Shown here: positions 31,013 to 45,744 of the stretch, one piece after another
Layout: every line of letters starts with the position of its first letter
Position numbering within the stretch: position 1 is the first letter of the stretch
Source of the DNA: the human T2T-CHM13v2.0 reference genome, Homo sapiens
Length of the DNA stretch: 64,000 bases
Assembly: GCF_009914755.1 (NCBI RefSeq)
Contig: NC_060933.1
Strand: one strand, 5' to 3'
The notes under the pieces: model-generated
What the model was told of the DNA's origin: nothing
What the model saw: only the letters and a program-made list of their open reading frames with translations
Databases searched by the model: none
Made by a program: the position numbers and the translations under genes

Positions 31013-33148
31013 CCCCACCAAGTTTGAATCAGGAAGAAATAGAAATCCTGAACAGACCAATAATGGGTGGTGACATTGAATCAGTAAAAAAAAATATTCC
31101 AACAACAAACAAAAAAGCCATGGACCAGATGGATTCACAGCCAATTTCTACCAGACTTTCAAGAAAGAACTGACACCAGTCCTACTGAAACTATTCCGAA
31201 AGGTTTAGAAGGAGGGCATCCTCCCTAACTCATTCTAAAAGCCAGAATCACCTGGATACCAATGCCAGGAAATGACACAATAAAAAAAGAAAGCTACAGA
31301 CCAATATCTCTGATGAACATAGATGCAAAAATCCTCAACAAAATGCCATCAAACCAAATCTAACAGCAAATCTAACAGCACATCAATAAAATAACTCATC
31401 ATGATTAAGTGGGTTTCATTCTAGGAATTCAAGGATGTTGCAAAATACCTAGGAATATATTTAACCAAGGAGATGAATGATTGCCACAAGATGAAAGAAA
31501 TTGTAGATGACACAAACAAATGGAAAAACATCCCATGCTCATGGATTGGAAGAATCAGTATTGTGAAAATAACTATACTGCCCAAAGCAATCTATAGATT
31601 CAATGCATTTCCTATCCAAATACCATTGTAATTTTTCACAGAATTAGAAAAACGAATTCTAAAATTCATATGGAACCGTGAAAGAGCCCTAATAGCCAAA
31701 ACAATCCTAAGCAAAAAGAACGAATCTGGGGGCATCACATTACCTGACTTCAAATGATACTACAAAGCCATAATAACCAAAACAGCATAGTACTGGTGTA
31801 AAAGTAGACACGTAGACCAATGGAACAGAATAAAGAACCCAGAAATAAAGCCAAATATTTACAATCAGCTGATCGTCAGCAAAGCAGACAAAAACACGCA
31901 TCAGGGAAAGGACACCTATTCAGTCAATGGTGCTGCAATAATTGAATAGCCACATGCAGAAAAATGAAACTGGATCTCTATCAATCACCATATACAAAAA
32001 TTAACTCAAGATGGATTAAAGACCTAAATGTAAGACCTGAAATCATGAAAAATTCTAGAAGAAAACCTAGGAAAAACTCTTCTGGGCATTGGCCTAGGCA
32101 AAGAATTTATGACGAAGACCCCAATAGCAAATGCAACAAAACCAAAAATAAACAAATGAGACTTAAACTAAAAAGCTTCCACACAGAAAAGAAATAATTA
32201 GCAGAGTAAATAGACAACCTACAGAAAGGGAGAAAATATTCGTCAACTATACATCCAACAAAGGACTATTATTCAGAATGTACAAGGAACTCAAATGAGC
32301 AAGAATAAAGAAATATTCTCGTTACAAAGCAGGCAAATGACGCGAACAGGTATTTTTCAAAACAAGACATACAAATGGCCAAAAAACATATGAAAAAATG
32401 CTCAACATCACTAATCATCAGAGAAATGCAAATTACAAACACAGTTAGATACCACATTACTCCTGTCGGAATGGCCATTATTAAAAAGTCAAAAAAACAA
32501 CAGATGTTGGCACAGATTCAGTGAAAAGAGAACTTATACACCATTGGTGGGAATGTAAATTGTCAGAACCTCTATGGAAAACAGTATGGAGATTTGTCAA
32601 ATAACTAAAAGTAGATTTGCCATTTGATCCAGCAATCCTACTTCTGGGTATCTACCCAAAGGAAAAAAGTCATTATATCAAAGACACCTGTGCAATTCAC
32701 AGTTGCAAAGATATAAAATCTACCTAAGTGCCCAACAGCCAATTAGTGGATACAGAAAATATTACATACACACACCAAGGACTACTACTCAGCCATAAAA
32801 AGAATGAAATAATGTCTTTTGCAACAACTGGGATGAAACTGGAGGCCATTATCCTAAATGAAGTAACACAGGAACAGAAAACCAAATATCATATGTTCTC
32901 ATTTATAAGTGGGAGCTAAGCTATGGGTATGCAGGGGCATACACAGTAGTATAATGGACACTGGAGAATCAGAAGTGGAGAGAGTGTGATGGGGGAGAGG
33001 GATGGAATATTACCTATTGGTTGCAATGTACACTATTCAGGTGATGGGCACACTAAAAGCCCAGAATTCACCACTGTACAATTCATCCATGTAACCAAAA
33101 ACCACTCATACCCCTAAATCTATTGAAATTTTAAAATAAAATAAAAAA
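31013..33148 (+). mobile_element. L1PB (ORF2 to 3' UTR) with an internal deletion near 31440
   Basis: gaagaaatagaaatcctgaacagacc...; jumps from gggtttcattctagg..aaggatgttg to caaaatacctaggaat, skipping the RT core; L1PB-type 3' UTR and A tail. Confidence 0.9.
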
Positions 33149-33459
33149 TGTTACCTTCATATTGTTTTCTATCTTATTGACGGAATTTTAACACAGCTGG
33201 TATTAGAGTTGGGGTAGAACTCAGAATTTTTTATTAAAAAAAGTATTATAACGACTATACTATCACTAATATAAAAAATCAACAAAAACTTAGTACCGTT
33301 AACATTTCCTTCATTATCTTTTGACCAGCTACTCAGATATGTTATAGGAAAATAATTTTCATGGTAGACAAATTTTTTATCAACCAGTTAAACTGCCATC
33401 AGTATTTTCTATATCAATTAATAACTACATTATTTGATTAAACACCAGAATTCTCATTC

Positions 33460-33800
33460 CTTAGTATTCAAAATGTGTTTCATGGACCAGCAGTACAGAT
33501 GTCACCTGGGAGCTTGCTAGAAATGCAGAATCTCAGATTTTGCCCAGCTCTACTGAATCAGAATCTGCATTTAACATCATGCAATGTAATTTGTATAACA
33601 TTATAGCTTTTGAAGCACTATTCTAATTCACAGAATTTCTTCAAGTGAACCAGTGACTATCTGTAATAGAATCATCTAGAATGTTTGCCAAATATGCATT
33701 TCCTAGATCCCACCTGAGACCTAATAGGTCCTTTGAATCCAAGTTTTTAAAATAATATTCTGTGTGATTGTGATGCATATTAAAGCATGATGAACAAGGT
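33460..33800. mobile_element. MER5A/MER5B hAT fragments
   Basis: ggaccagcagtacagatgtcacctgggagcttgctagaaatgcagaatctc...ctactgaatcagaatctgcattt. Confidence 0.8.
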
Positions 33801-34538
33801 TCTGTGCACTTTTGTGTTTCAATATTTTTACCCGTCTGCTGCTTTATTTATATTTAGCTCTAAGCCCATAATCACATGGTTATTGAGTTTGCTGTACTTA
33901 ATTGTGTTTGTTGCATTTCCTTCGTTTCTGTTATTACCTCATCATGACTTCTTAGGCTATTCAATGCATAGATGGGCTCATTACACTTGGAAAACCTTTT
34001 TGGGCTATCCTTACAGGCTTTTCCTGTCTTCCTATATTTCTATTCAATGATTAGAGAAGGTTGAAAGTGGATGAAAACTATGTTCCCAGGGCTTTTTATA
34101 TCTTGAATGTAAAAGTCCTTCCCAAAGAGCCACCAGGAAACCTCTCTCTAGCTGTTTCCTTGGAGGTCTTTTACAGAAAATGCTTCTTAAATTTACTTCC
34201 AAAATATACTTTAAATTCATAACAGAATGCTAAAGACTTTCAGCCTAGTTTAGGAAAAAGGGCAATGCAAGAAAAACTACAATAATTACTTCCAGTGCCT
34301 TCTCTACCATTAGCTATTGGACTTGGGCAGATTTTGTAACCTGTCTGAGTCTCCTTGCCTCATTTGTGAAATGAGGATAATGATACCTGCCAGAAGGTTA
34401 GGCATTGCTCCAGATTGTCCCTTGGTAACCCTTCCAGGTCTGACATCCATGATTCCATTATTCTGTCAAGTCAACATATATTTGTGTTTCCATACGCCTG
34501 GCTTCTTTCTTTTCCTCTCCAATTTGTCATCTCCTTGC

Positions 34539-34615
34539 AATCACACATGCACACTTCTCTCTTATAACTATTTCTATAATCACACATGCAAACTCCTCCC
34601 TTATAACTATTTCTA
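34539..34615 (+). repeat. Two-copy 39-bp tandem duplication
   Basis: aatcacacatgca...cttataactatttcta occurs twice. Confidence 0.9.
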
Positions 34616-35279
34616 GTGAAAATGAATTTAGAACATTTTATTGGAGAAATTTACTTTCACCATAAGTGTAAAATATACTTATATTTAAGATAATTAGCCT
34701 GCCACAATTAAACCCCATGTGTCTATTAATTATCTCGTTAAGTGGATGCAGATGAAATAAATGGGTGTGGATAAAGACCCATACTTGAGATATTTAATAG
34801 TAGCCACTTAATTTAACTACCCACTGAGCTCATCTAAAATGCATGACAATAAAATGGTAAAGTAGAGCCTCACAGGTTTCACTTGCAGTGAGAACAATTC
34901 AGCAAATATCACTAGTGAATAAGAAATCGGTAAAATTCAATGAGCTACTGGAACATGCAAGCTGAACAGATAGTTCCTTTAAATATCTGTATATGAAAAA
35001 TGATCTGATCTCATATACATTTGCTGAGTTAATTAGAACGAAAAAAAAAACCCTCTGAAGTCTGTTTTCATAGCCTCTTACATTTCCCAAAGTAGAGTAA
35101 AAGAAGGAAAAAGCGCTTGTTAAACTACAGTAAGACTTGTCTAAGTGACCACTTGTACTTTGAAGAATTCTTGTTAAACATTCCCTGAACGCTGCACTTA
35201 AGCAGCTGCTACGGTACTATGCTTATAAAAGACTTTGTTATACTTGTTTCTTGCTATGTATCATGACTGCATGATATAC

Positions 35280-35630
35280 TTATTAAGAGCAGAAGCACTG
35301 GAATCAGACAGACCTGCATGTGAATCCTGGCTTACCAGCTACGTAACGTGGGGCAAATATAAGTTTTGTCATCTGCAATGACACTAATAACACCTTCCTT
35401 AGGAGAATATTGAGGATTAAATAAAATAATGTATATAAGACATGCATTTGTCCATTCTTTTTTTCCACAAATGTTTACTCTGCCATCTATATGCCAGGCA
35501 TTATGTGAGTGCTCAATATTTAGCAGGGCATCAGCTAGACCAGCCCCTACCTTCATTGAGATGACATTCTGGTAGACTGACACATCTGCCTGTTGCATAG
35601 TAATCACTACTGTTACTGTAATTGTTGTTT
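35280..35630. mobile_element. MIR (+) with an embedded L2 3' end (-)
   Basis: ctggaatcagacagacctg...gaggattaaataaaataatgt; cacaaatgtttactctgccatctatatgccaggca. Confidence 0.65.
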
Positions 35631-35879
35631 TATTCCTAAATGTATATTACTTTAATCCAAAATTAAACGTTAAAAATACTATTAAATATTTTAAAGGCAC
35701 AACAATAAATAAGTACCTTGCCCATGTTGACATCTCCCATATCCACGTGCAGCTCTTCTGAACTCAGCTCTTATGCGAAGGAACTAACCCTGAGCTAGAC
35801 AAGCAGGACGGACATTCCATCAAAAGGAATAATTTAAAATGAGCTTTAAGTTCGACTTGTATTGAAATTGCCTAAAACA

Positions 35880-36160
35880 GCAGTATAGGATGATGCTTAA
35901 GAACATGAACTCTGTTGCCATTTGATTAGGTTTGAATTCAAACTCTGATACTTGCTAGCTTAATGACTTTGAGTAAGTTACTTAATCTATTTCCACCTCA
36001 ATTTTCTCATATGTAATATAGGAATATTGATAGTTCCTACCCCAAAGAGTTGTTGTAAATATTAAATTACATGAATTAACTCATTTAATATTTACAACAA
36101 CTCTTTGAGGTAGGAACTATCATTATTCCTGACTTACTGTTTTATAGGTTGCTTAGACTT
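35880..36160 (+). mobile_element. MIR containing an internal inverted duplication
   Basis: gtttgaattcaaactctgatacttgctagc...gagtaagttacttaatc...cctcaattttctcat. Confidence 0.8.
36020..36130. repeat. Inverted repeat/hairpin: 48-bp arms (46/48 identical), 15-nt loop
   Basis: 36020-36067 aggaatattgatagttcctaccccaaagagttgttgtaaatattaaat versus the reverse complement of 36083-36130. Confidence 0.97.
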
Positions 36161-36177
36161 AAGAATGCCTACACATT

Positions 36178-36544
36178 AATGTTACATATATACCATGGAA
36201 TACTATGCAGCCATAAAAAAGGATGATTCCTGTCCTTTGCAGGGACGTGGATGAAGCTGGAAACCATCATTCTCAGCAAACTATAGCAAGGACAAAAAAC
36301 CAAACACCACATGTTCTCACTCACAGGTGGGAATTGAACAATGAGAACGCTTGGACACAGGAAGGGGAACATCACAAACCGGGGCCTGTTGTGGGATGGG
36401 AGGAGGGAGAGAGATAGCACTAGGAGATATACCTAATGTAAATGACAAGTTACTGGGTGCAGCACACCAACATGGCACATATATACATATGTAACAAACC
36501 TGCACGTTGTGCACATGTACCCTAGAACTTAAAGTATAAAAAAA
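36178..36544 (+). mobile_element. 5'-truncated L1PA (L1PA5-like)
   Basis: L1 3' end; perfect 17-bp TSD aagaatgcctacacatt (36161-36177 / 36545-36561); TT/AAGA endonuclease site. Confidence 0.97.
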
Positions 36545-36574
36545 AAGAATGCCTACACATTGTTAACATTATTA

Positions 36575-36820
36575 CGTGTATAATGCTAATTATATGTATT
36601 ATATGTGTTAATTAAATGTACAGTTGTACATATAATTGTATAACATATAAATGTATAATTATACATATACACATGTGTAATATACATCATATATAATGCA
36701 TATATAATATATACTTAATATAAATGTATATATTATACATAATATATGTATATATACACATTATATATAAAATGTGTACATACATTATATATTATATATT
36801 ATACAATGTATAATATTAAT
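36575..36820. repeat. Degenerate (TA)/(TATG)-rich low-complexity tract
   Basis: atatacatatacacatgtgtaatatacatcatatataatgcatatataat... Confidence 0.9.
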
Positions 36821-38894
36821 GTTAGAGATAAAGAAAACATTAATAATGAGAATTTAACTTTAAAAAGTATGTCATGCCTGTAATGGTTACATTGTTAAAA
36901 ACATAATTTGAAAATATTCTTTCGATAGTCAAGAATTAGATTCAGCAAAGAAGTCACTGACATAATTTATTAACCAATAAGGTGAGGAGGCTCTGACTTA
37001 CATCTTCATTACTTCAGTTTCATCTTGCTAACTAATGTAAATGAAAATATTAACCAACATTCATGTTGGAATTTGTTATAGGACTGATGGTTTAGAGAAA
37101 GCTACTTAGGTGAAGGACAGAAACATTTTTGTGGGAAGATGGCAATGTCACCAGTACTCATTAGGTGGAGCAGCAGTGTCATCATCCCCCAAAAGCATTT
37201 TATCCAGAAACCATTCAATAATTTTGCTTTGTCGCTCTTTGACAGTCCAGAAACAACAATAATCTGGAAAGCGGGGGCACTGTTCTTAAGGAGTTTGTAC
37301 TGGGGGCTCATAAGACATTCTGTTTCTCCCTCTCCATAACCCCTTTCCAGGTCGAGTTAAATTTCCTTTATTATCCTGAGTTTATAAGGCTAGGTCAACT
37401 TTTCTGTAATACTTTTTTCCATTTGAGGAAATTATACTTTGGATTCAATAATATATACCCACAAGGGAGAGAATATGGATTTAAAAAATAAACTTAAAAA
37501 TATAACTTAGAATATTCACTCTGGAGGGGACCTGAGAGATTGTCTGATCCATTGCAGTATTGACCAGATTCACATTGTACTTTCATAATGTGCTTTTATT
37601 GTCAGGAAGATTAATGGACATCAGGTGTTTATAACACTCTTTTCTCTTAGTTGTGCTTAAAATTTTCTTTATAAAAGATATTAAAAGAAAGCTAACAAAA
37701 TATTATTTATATAGAGAGAGCATATTAAATTGTTCTTAGCACCATCTACACTAACGAGTCTTTGGACAGATAACTATCAGCCTGATTTGAAGTTGAAATG
37801 TATTGATTATTAATATTGTGGAAAAGTCTGTGTTTTCATAGCTTCAAACCATTTTAGCACAAGTTGGAAGGATTTACAACATTGTCTCCATCTCTTACCA
37901 TCTCATCTGATCAAACTTTGTTCACTCCTTTCTCACCCAGATATCTCATCCTGTTACTTTAATGCTCAAATTTCAGAAAGAGCAGAGCAAACCTCTCAAA
38001 GTTTGAACCCATAACTATTCTAACTCACAGCTCTATTGACGGCTGGGTTAACTCTGGAAAAATTTGTCACTCATCTTCTTTAATCTTGTCATCCATCTAC
38101 AACCAACACTAGCAACGTTCTCCCATTTTAATGGTCTCTCATACATTTCCAGAACTGATAATATTTCTAGGAAATGTGCAGCAATGCCTCTCCTAATAAA
38201 GCCCCCAGCTTTCATTTTTATATTAATATAAGGCAAAATGTTTGTATTCTCTCAACATATTTCATAGCCCTGAACCCAGACTTTTAGTTCTACAGGAAAT
38301 TACAGTTAATGTTAGCGATTAGGTCTGGTGCTTTCGAAAGCATGTTATACAGGTTATTATTAGGCATTTTGATAGAAAAAGGACTGCTTTACTGCAAGAA
38401 TTCTGAAAACCTTAATGTGCTAACAAAATTGTGATTTCCTAGAGGGTTAAAGAACACAGCATTTTCCAAATGTGTGTGCTCATAGGAACTTTTTCCCTGG
38501 AACACCCTTTGGGATCAGTATTTTATGAAATATGTTTTGGTAACTAATAACATCCTCAAATAAGATCTAGAGAGTAGTAGTTACTTGTCCAGAATTCCTC
38601 AGATATATATGGTAGAACATAGGTATACAGGGTCTATTTGGTAGACTAGAACCCTTGAGTAATCTTTTGCACACCCAGGTTTTTAATACTTTTATGTGGG
38701 TCCAGTCACACCCTTTTCTTGGTTCTTATAATAATCAATGGACCATGTAGACCTAGTGACCAGTAAGAGTAAATGTTACTATAATGTGGAACTTTGTAAA
38801 TGGGGCTCAGTACAAGGGACCTCTAATTTTGTTAAAATAGAAGATAAAAGGAGGGCCCTAATATGTCCCAGGCAAAAGATACAACAAATAGCAA

Positions 38895-39980
38895 TAACAC
38901 ATCATTCAACAAATTTTGTTGAGCATTTATCATATGCCAGGCACTGTGTTAGGCCCTAAGTTTAAAACCGTGAACAAATTAAACACAGTTCCTGGCATCA
39001 TGGAATTTACTGTCTAATGAGAGATACCCACTAGTGAATATGCAACAATGCAATATAGGTATAGGTTGAAGTGAAAGCACAAATGAGGGACAACTAACCC
39101 AGACTTGAAAGGGAGAAGGTTGAATACTACTTCACAATGATGTTCAAGATGACTCCTAAAAGGTGAGAAGGACTTAGGTGAAGGTGAAAGGGGCTCAACA
39201 AAAAGGGCTCTAAACTAAAAGAACATCTTCAAAGGCCCTAAGATTAAAGAGAAGGTCGGGTGGGGAGTCTGTAATCCCAACACTTTGGAAGGCTGAGGCG
39301 GGAGGATTATTTGAGGTCAGGAGTTCCAGAACAGCCTGACCAACATGGTGAAACCCCGGCTCTACTAAAAATACAAAAACTCACCAGATGTGGAGATGGG
39401 GGGGTGCCTATAATCTCAGCTACTCAGGAGCCTGAGGCAGGAGAATCGCTTGAACCCGGGAGGCAGAGGTTGCAGTGAGATCACAGCACTGCACTCCATT
39501 CTGAGTGACAGCAAGACTCTGTCTCAAGAAAAAAAAAAAAGATGAGAGAGACAGAGAACATTGATATGCTTGAGGAACGGAGAGTGTCTGAGGTAGAAAG
39601 GGTGGGAGGTGAGGCTGGAGTGATAATGCTGCTGGTAGAGATTTGGTGTGCTGAAGTGATGGGATGGGGAACCACTGGCCTGTTTTAAGGAGAGGAGTTC
39701 TGCGTTGAAAGGTCTACTGGGGTGCTGAGTGGAGAACCGATAAGAACAGAAAAAAACGGGTGGAAGGCTATTGTAGTTATCTTAGGAAGACATAATGATG
39801 TCCTATGCTAAGGAAGTAGTAGTGTGGATAGGGAGAAGTGAGAAGAGTGTGAGGTGAACTAGCAGGACTTGGTGGTTGACACGTTGAGAGAGGTGAAACG
39901 AAGCAAGTAAAGGATAAACTAGAGATGACAGACCACTCATAGAGTAAGAACGCCAGTGGGAAGAGAACATTTGAAGAAGG
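38895..39980 (-). mobile_element. L2 interrupted by an Alu
   Basis: cattcaacaaattttgttgagcatttatcatatgccaggcactgtgttagg; continues after the Alu. Confidence 0.8.
39254..39540 (+). mobile_element. AluS
   Basis: Dimeric Alu with A tail; degenerate TSD aagattaaagaga / aagatgagagaga. Confidence 0.93.
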
Positions 39981-40562
39981 AGAAATAACAATATATTAAC
40001 AGATAGGTTAAGAGGAGACTTTTATGATCATATTTCTTAAGTTAGCATTCCATATAAACCAAATGCAAAATGTATATGCAAAATGTGTCATATTGTCATA
40101 CTACTGTTACACATAAACATAATGGTAGATACTTCCTTTGATATAAGTTAGTAAAATTTGAAAACAATATTTGCTCCTCTCAGAAATTTTTAGATTATTT
40201 CTAATCCTCAACTAATGGGCATTATCCTGGCTTTCTTGGTATTAAATATATATTTTGATTAAATAAAAGAAAAACTAAATCTATAGTTATCAGGCAGAAA
40301 CAAATATAAATTGTGAGCTATAGACGGACTAAATTTTCTGACTTTTTAAAGGCATTGTGTGTTGTTTTATACTTCCAGATTGCCTTATGCACCTCTTAAG
40401 ATCTTTTTCTTACAGTTGGTATAAACCCTCCATGTGGGAAGACCTACAATTATAGCAGCTGGTGTTTATAGCAAGTAACAAGGCTGAATTAAACAACTAT
40501 TATCTCCATTTTGGAATGGTTTATTAAAACAATGAAATCCTTTCAAGAAAGTACTACATGTT

Positions 40563-40975
<413 letters not shown>

Positions 40976-41108
40976 CTATCTCCGCTCACTGCAACCTCAG
41001 CCTCCAGGGTTGAAGCAATTTTCCTGCTTCAGCTTCCCAAGTAGCTGGGGTTACAGACGTGCCACCATGCCAGGCTAATTATTTGTATTTTTAGTAGAGA
41101 TGGGGTTT

Positions 41109-42040
<932 letters not shown>

Positions 42041-42072
42041 TGACCCCTAAAAGTGACTTAAAAATTAAAACA

Positions 42073-42441
42073 CACTTTGGGAGGCCGAGGTGGGTAGATC
42101 ACGAGGTCAGGAGGTCGAGACAATCCTGGCTAAGAGGGCAAAACCCTGTCTTTACTAAAAAATACAAAAAATTGGCTAGGCACGGTGGCTCACACCTGTA
42201 ATCCCAGCACTTTGGGAGGCCGAGGCGGGCGGATCACGAGGTCAGGAGTTCGAGACCATCCTGGCTAACACGGTGAAACCCCGTCTCTACTAAAAACACA
42301 AAAAATTAGCCGGGAGGCTACCAGGAGGCTAAGGCAGGAGAATGGCGTCAATCTGGGAGGTGGAGTTGCAGTGAGCTGAAATCATGCCAGTGCACTCCAG
42401 CCTGGGCAACAGAGCGAGACTCCGTCTCAAAAAAAAAAAAA
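42073..42441 (+). mobile_element. Trimeric Alu (left-left-right), AluY-like
   Basis: Two consecutive left monomers, then a right monomer; perfect TSD aaaaattaaaaca (42060-42072 / 42442-42454). Confidence 0.92.
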
Positions 42442-43299
42442 AAAAATTAAAACAGCTCATAGCAACGCATATTCTGAAAATAAATTTGATTTGGCAGAAC
42501 TATCACGAATTTTCACATAAGAACTCTGATAAATTCCTAGCGTTGAAAAATCAATAAGAACTTTTACCCTCCATATTGAAGGAAGGATACCAAAAAACAA
42601 TAGAAATCTACTTTAAAAAAGAAAACACATATCCAAGTTTGAAGAACTGCTTTTTGTGTTTTACTTATCTCTCCCCATTTTGTCTTAAGTAGCATCTTAC
42701 AATATTTGTTACTTTCTTTAAATGAAAGTGGTGGGAAAAAAATTAAAGAAAGGAATTCTCATTCACTTCCTCCCGGTTTTATGGGAACTACCTTTATATG
42801 TATTTAAAATGTCATTAAATGGTGAAGAAAGTATTTTCCTGATCAGAACATTTCAGAAGTGAAGTGTACAAGCACAAAATGCCAAATGCCATGAGGCTTT
42901 ATACCAGCAGCCATAGGAAATTTCTTGCTCCTCTCGCACTATGGAGTATGCATAGCTTGTCCACTCACATTTACAATGAGTTGGCAGTTAAAACTTAACT
43001 ATGAGTTTGAAGACATGGAAGAGCATTCAAAGCAGCCAAGAATAGAGGATGCAGAGGGACTCAAAATTCATTGTGGTGAGTCTACGTTTGCTGCTACTTT
43101 TTCCTCTTGGGCATTTGTTGATTCACAGCTCAGTGCGCCAAAGCCAGGGAAAGTCATGTTTTAAACTCTGTGGCAGTCTCACCGTGGGGGACATCAAAAC
43201 TTAGACTTCATGACTACAAAGATTAGTCATTACTGAAGGAACTAAGAAAAGTGAGCCCAACATTTGGCACAAATTTTATTTCTAAAGCATTTGTTAATC

Positions 43300-44600
43300 C
43301 CTAAGCTATGTGTTGGTGATAGGAGACAAAAGAAATGAAGTTCTTACCATGTCAAGGAAATACCGCTTGATAGATACTCCAGGATTTCACCTAAAAGCCT
43401 TAAAGGCTTAGTCCATAGGAATAAAGACAAATTATAAACCTATCAGTTTTCACAAATTGTGAAATCTAGTTTCAAATCAATTAGTTCCCTAACTGAACCA
43501 AGGTATCCAGCTAGTACTATATTGTCCTACTAAAAGAAAATTAAATTGTCTTTGGAGAAAATTAACATCTCCAACAATTTTTCATAGACAATGTTCAACA
43601 TTCAATCCAAGTTGACAGGTATGTCTATACAAAGAATCACATTACTGAAGCCAAAAAGCAAAAATAAACAATGGAAATAGATCAACAAATAATACAGATA
43701 CTGAAGTTATCAAACACAGACTTTAAAACAGCTATGATTAACATTTTCAAGAAAACAGATTTAAAAGTATATAAAATTTTACTAGATAACTAGAATCTAT
43801 AATAAAAGGCAATTCAAATTATGGACTTTAAAAATACAATAACCATAGTTAAAATTCAATTCAAGAAACAGGTTTAATGCCATAGACAGCAGAATGCAGA
43901 AGCAATTGCCTGAAACAGAGTTCAATATAAAGTATCAAAATTCATGTATAGCAAGACAAAAGGAGGAACAAAAAGGAGCATAAAGGATATCTGAGACTGA
44001 GAGAAAAGATCAACATATGTGTAATCGAAATTCCTAAAGGAGAAGAAAAGGAATGCTGGGCAAAAATTTTGCGAAACTGATGAAAGACACCAGAAATGTA
44101 AGTAATTCTTTGTACCCCAAGCAGGATAACTACAACGAAAGCCATGCTTACAGACATCATTATGATACAAACCACTGAAAGCTAAAAACAAAGAGAAATC
44201 TTAAGACCACTCAGAGGAAAATACTATTACCTTCAGAGGAATAACAAAAGACCAACAGCTGACTCTTCAAATCTTTCAACAGAAATGTCGAACAACAGAA
44301 ATGTCGAACACCAGAAGAAAATAAAATGACATTCTTAAAATGCTAAAAGAAAATAATTGCCAACTTATAATTTTTCATCTAGGACAACTGAGGACAAAAT
44401 AAAAATGTCTGGACAAATAAAAAAGGAATTTTATTGCCACTACTGAAATATTATCTTTAATGGAGTTCTTTAAGCAGAAGGAAAATTACTCCAGATGGAA
44501 GGTTAATCATACAAGAAGATACAAAGAGCACAAGAAAAAATAAATAGGTAGGTAAACCGAAATGAATATTAACTGTAAAAAATAGATAAAATGATTTCAA
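43300..44600 (+). mobile_element. Old L1M ORF1-region remnant
   Basis: A-rich; gaagttatcaaacacagactttaaaacagctatgattaac, aaaccactgaaagctaaaaacaaagagaaatctt. Confidence 0.75.
44277..44308 (+). repeat. Perfect 16-bp tandem duplication
   Basis: caacagaaatgtcgaa x2. Confidence 0.9.
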
Positions 44601-44779
44601 ACTACAACTTGCAGATTGAAACACACTGCCTATGCAGACTTTTATGCCATAGTTTAGTTGTTGGGCTATGATGGAGATAAGCACAGGATACTATGTGAGG
44701 ACAACAAGGGCACCTGGACACCTTGGAGACACAGGAAAGATCTTCCTGAGAAAGTAACAGATATATATCTATGATCTCT

Positions 44780-45190
44780 GGTTACTCCCCTTTGTAAGTT
44801 ATTTGCTCCTGGCAAATTGAATAGTCCACAGTTTCTTACACGTATTCTGCCATTTCTTTACTCATGATGTTTGCGTATTCTGTTTTCTCTAAAATGCAAA
44901 CATCCTCTCCATCTCACCTCCCAATGTCCATAGATTCAAATCTTTCAGGTTTAAAGCTCTGTGCCGCTATCATTTTAAGCCTTCTCTGGCCATGTTCCAC
45001 CACCATCCCTGGCACCCCAACCCAAAATTCAAGAATCTCTTTCTTTTTTATAAGGAATGTATGTTTATGTTATCATTCCTATTAGGATTTAGGTTCTTCA
45101 GGAACATTTTGTCTTATTCACCATTGTTTACCCTCCAATAAACATCTGTTGAATAACGAATCAATGGATGGATGGATAGATGGCCAGATA
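44780..45190 (+). mobile_element. L2 3' end
   Basis: tgtcttattcaccattgt...caataaacatctgttgaataacgaatcaatggatggatgga. Confidence 0.65.
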
Positions 45191-45744
45191 GATGGGGAGG
45201 CCATTAGGACAATCCTCCAGGTAAGTATAAATTTTGCTCTGACTTGGCACTTGCTTAACTATAAATCAAGGCTCAACATGCCATTTTCTCTCCATTCCTG
45301 CTTTTTTCTGGTTTTAATCACACAGTTGCTGAATCATCAAATGCTACAGCAGAAACATATCCAAACTGGTAAAATTCTCAGTAACTATTTTTGATCTTGA
45401 AGCCAGTTAGAAACATACTATTAAGGGAAAAGTGATAACTTGTTAATATTATGGTTTGATGAAGGGGAAATATTGAACAGAGTTTTCTAATATATTTAAC
45501 TGGTTTATAATTTGCAGAGTAAAACTTCAACAAGTGCATGCCCTTGAAATCCATTAATCTCTCTGTATTGTTTTATGTCTGAATCAGTACAGAGAGAATA
45601 AACAATATCCATAGTAAAATGAAAACAAAATATCAAGTTTTTCTTTGTGGAATGCACAGGCCTGCATGAAGATAGATGAATTTTATAAAACTAATCTATG
45701 TTCAGTCATGGACAGATAAAAACTGCCACCAACACCAGCAACTT

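Noticed and set aside
36575-36820. TA-rich tract as a structured element
   Set aside because: Degenerate simple repeat with no higher-order periodicity that I could establish.
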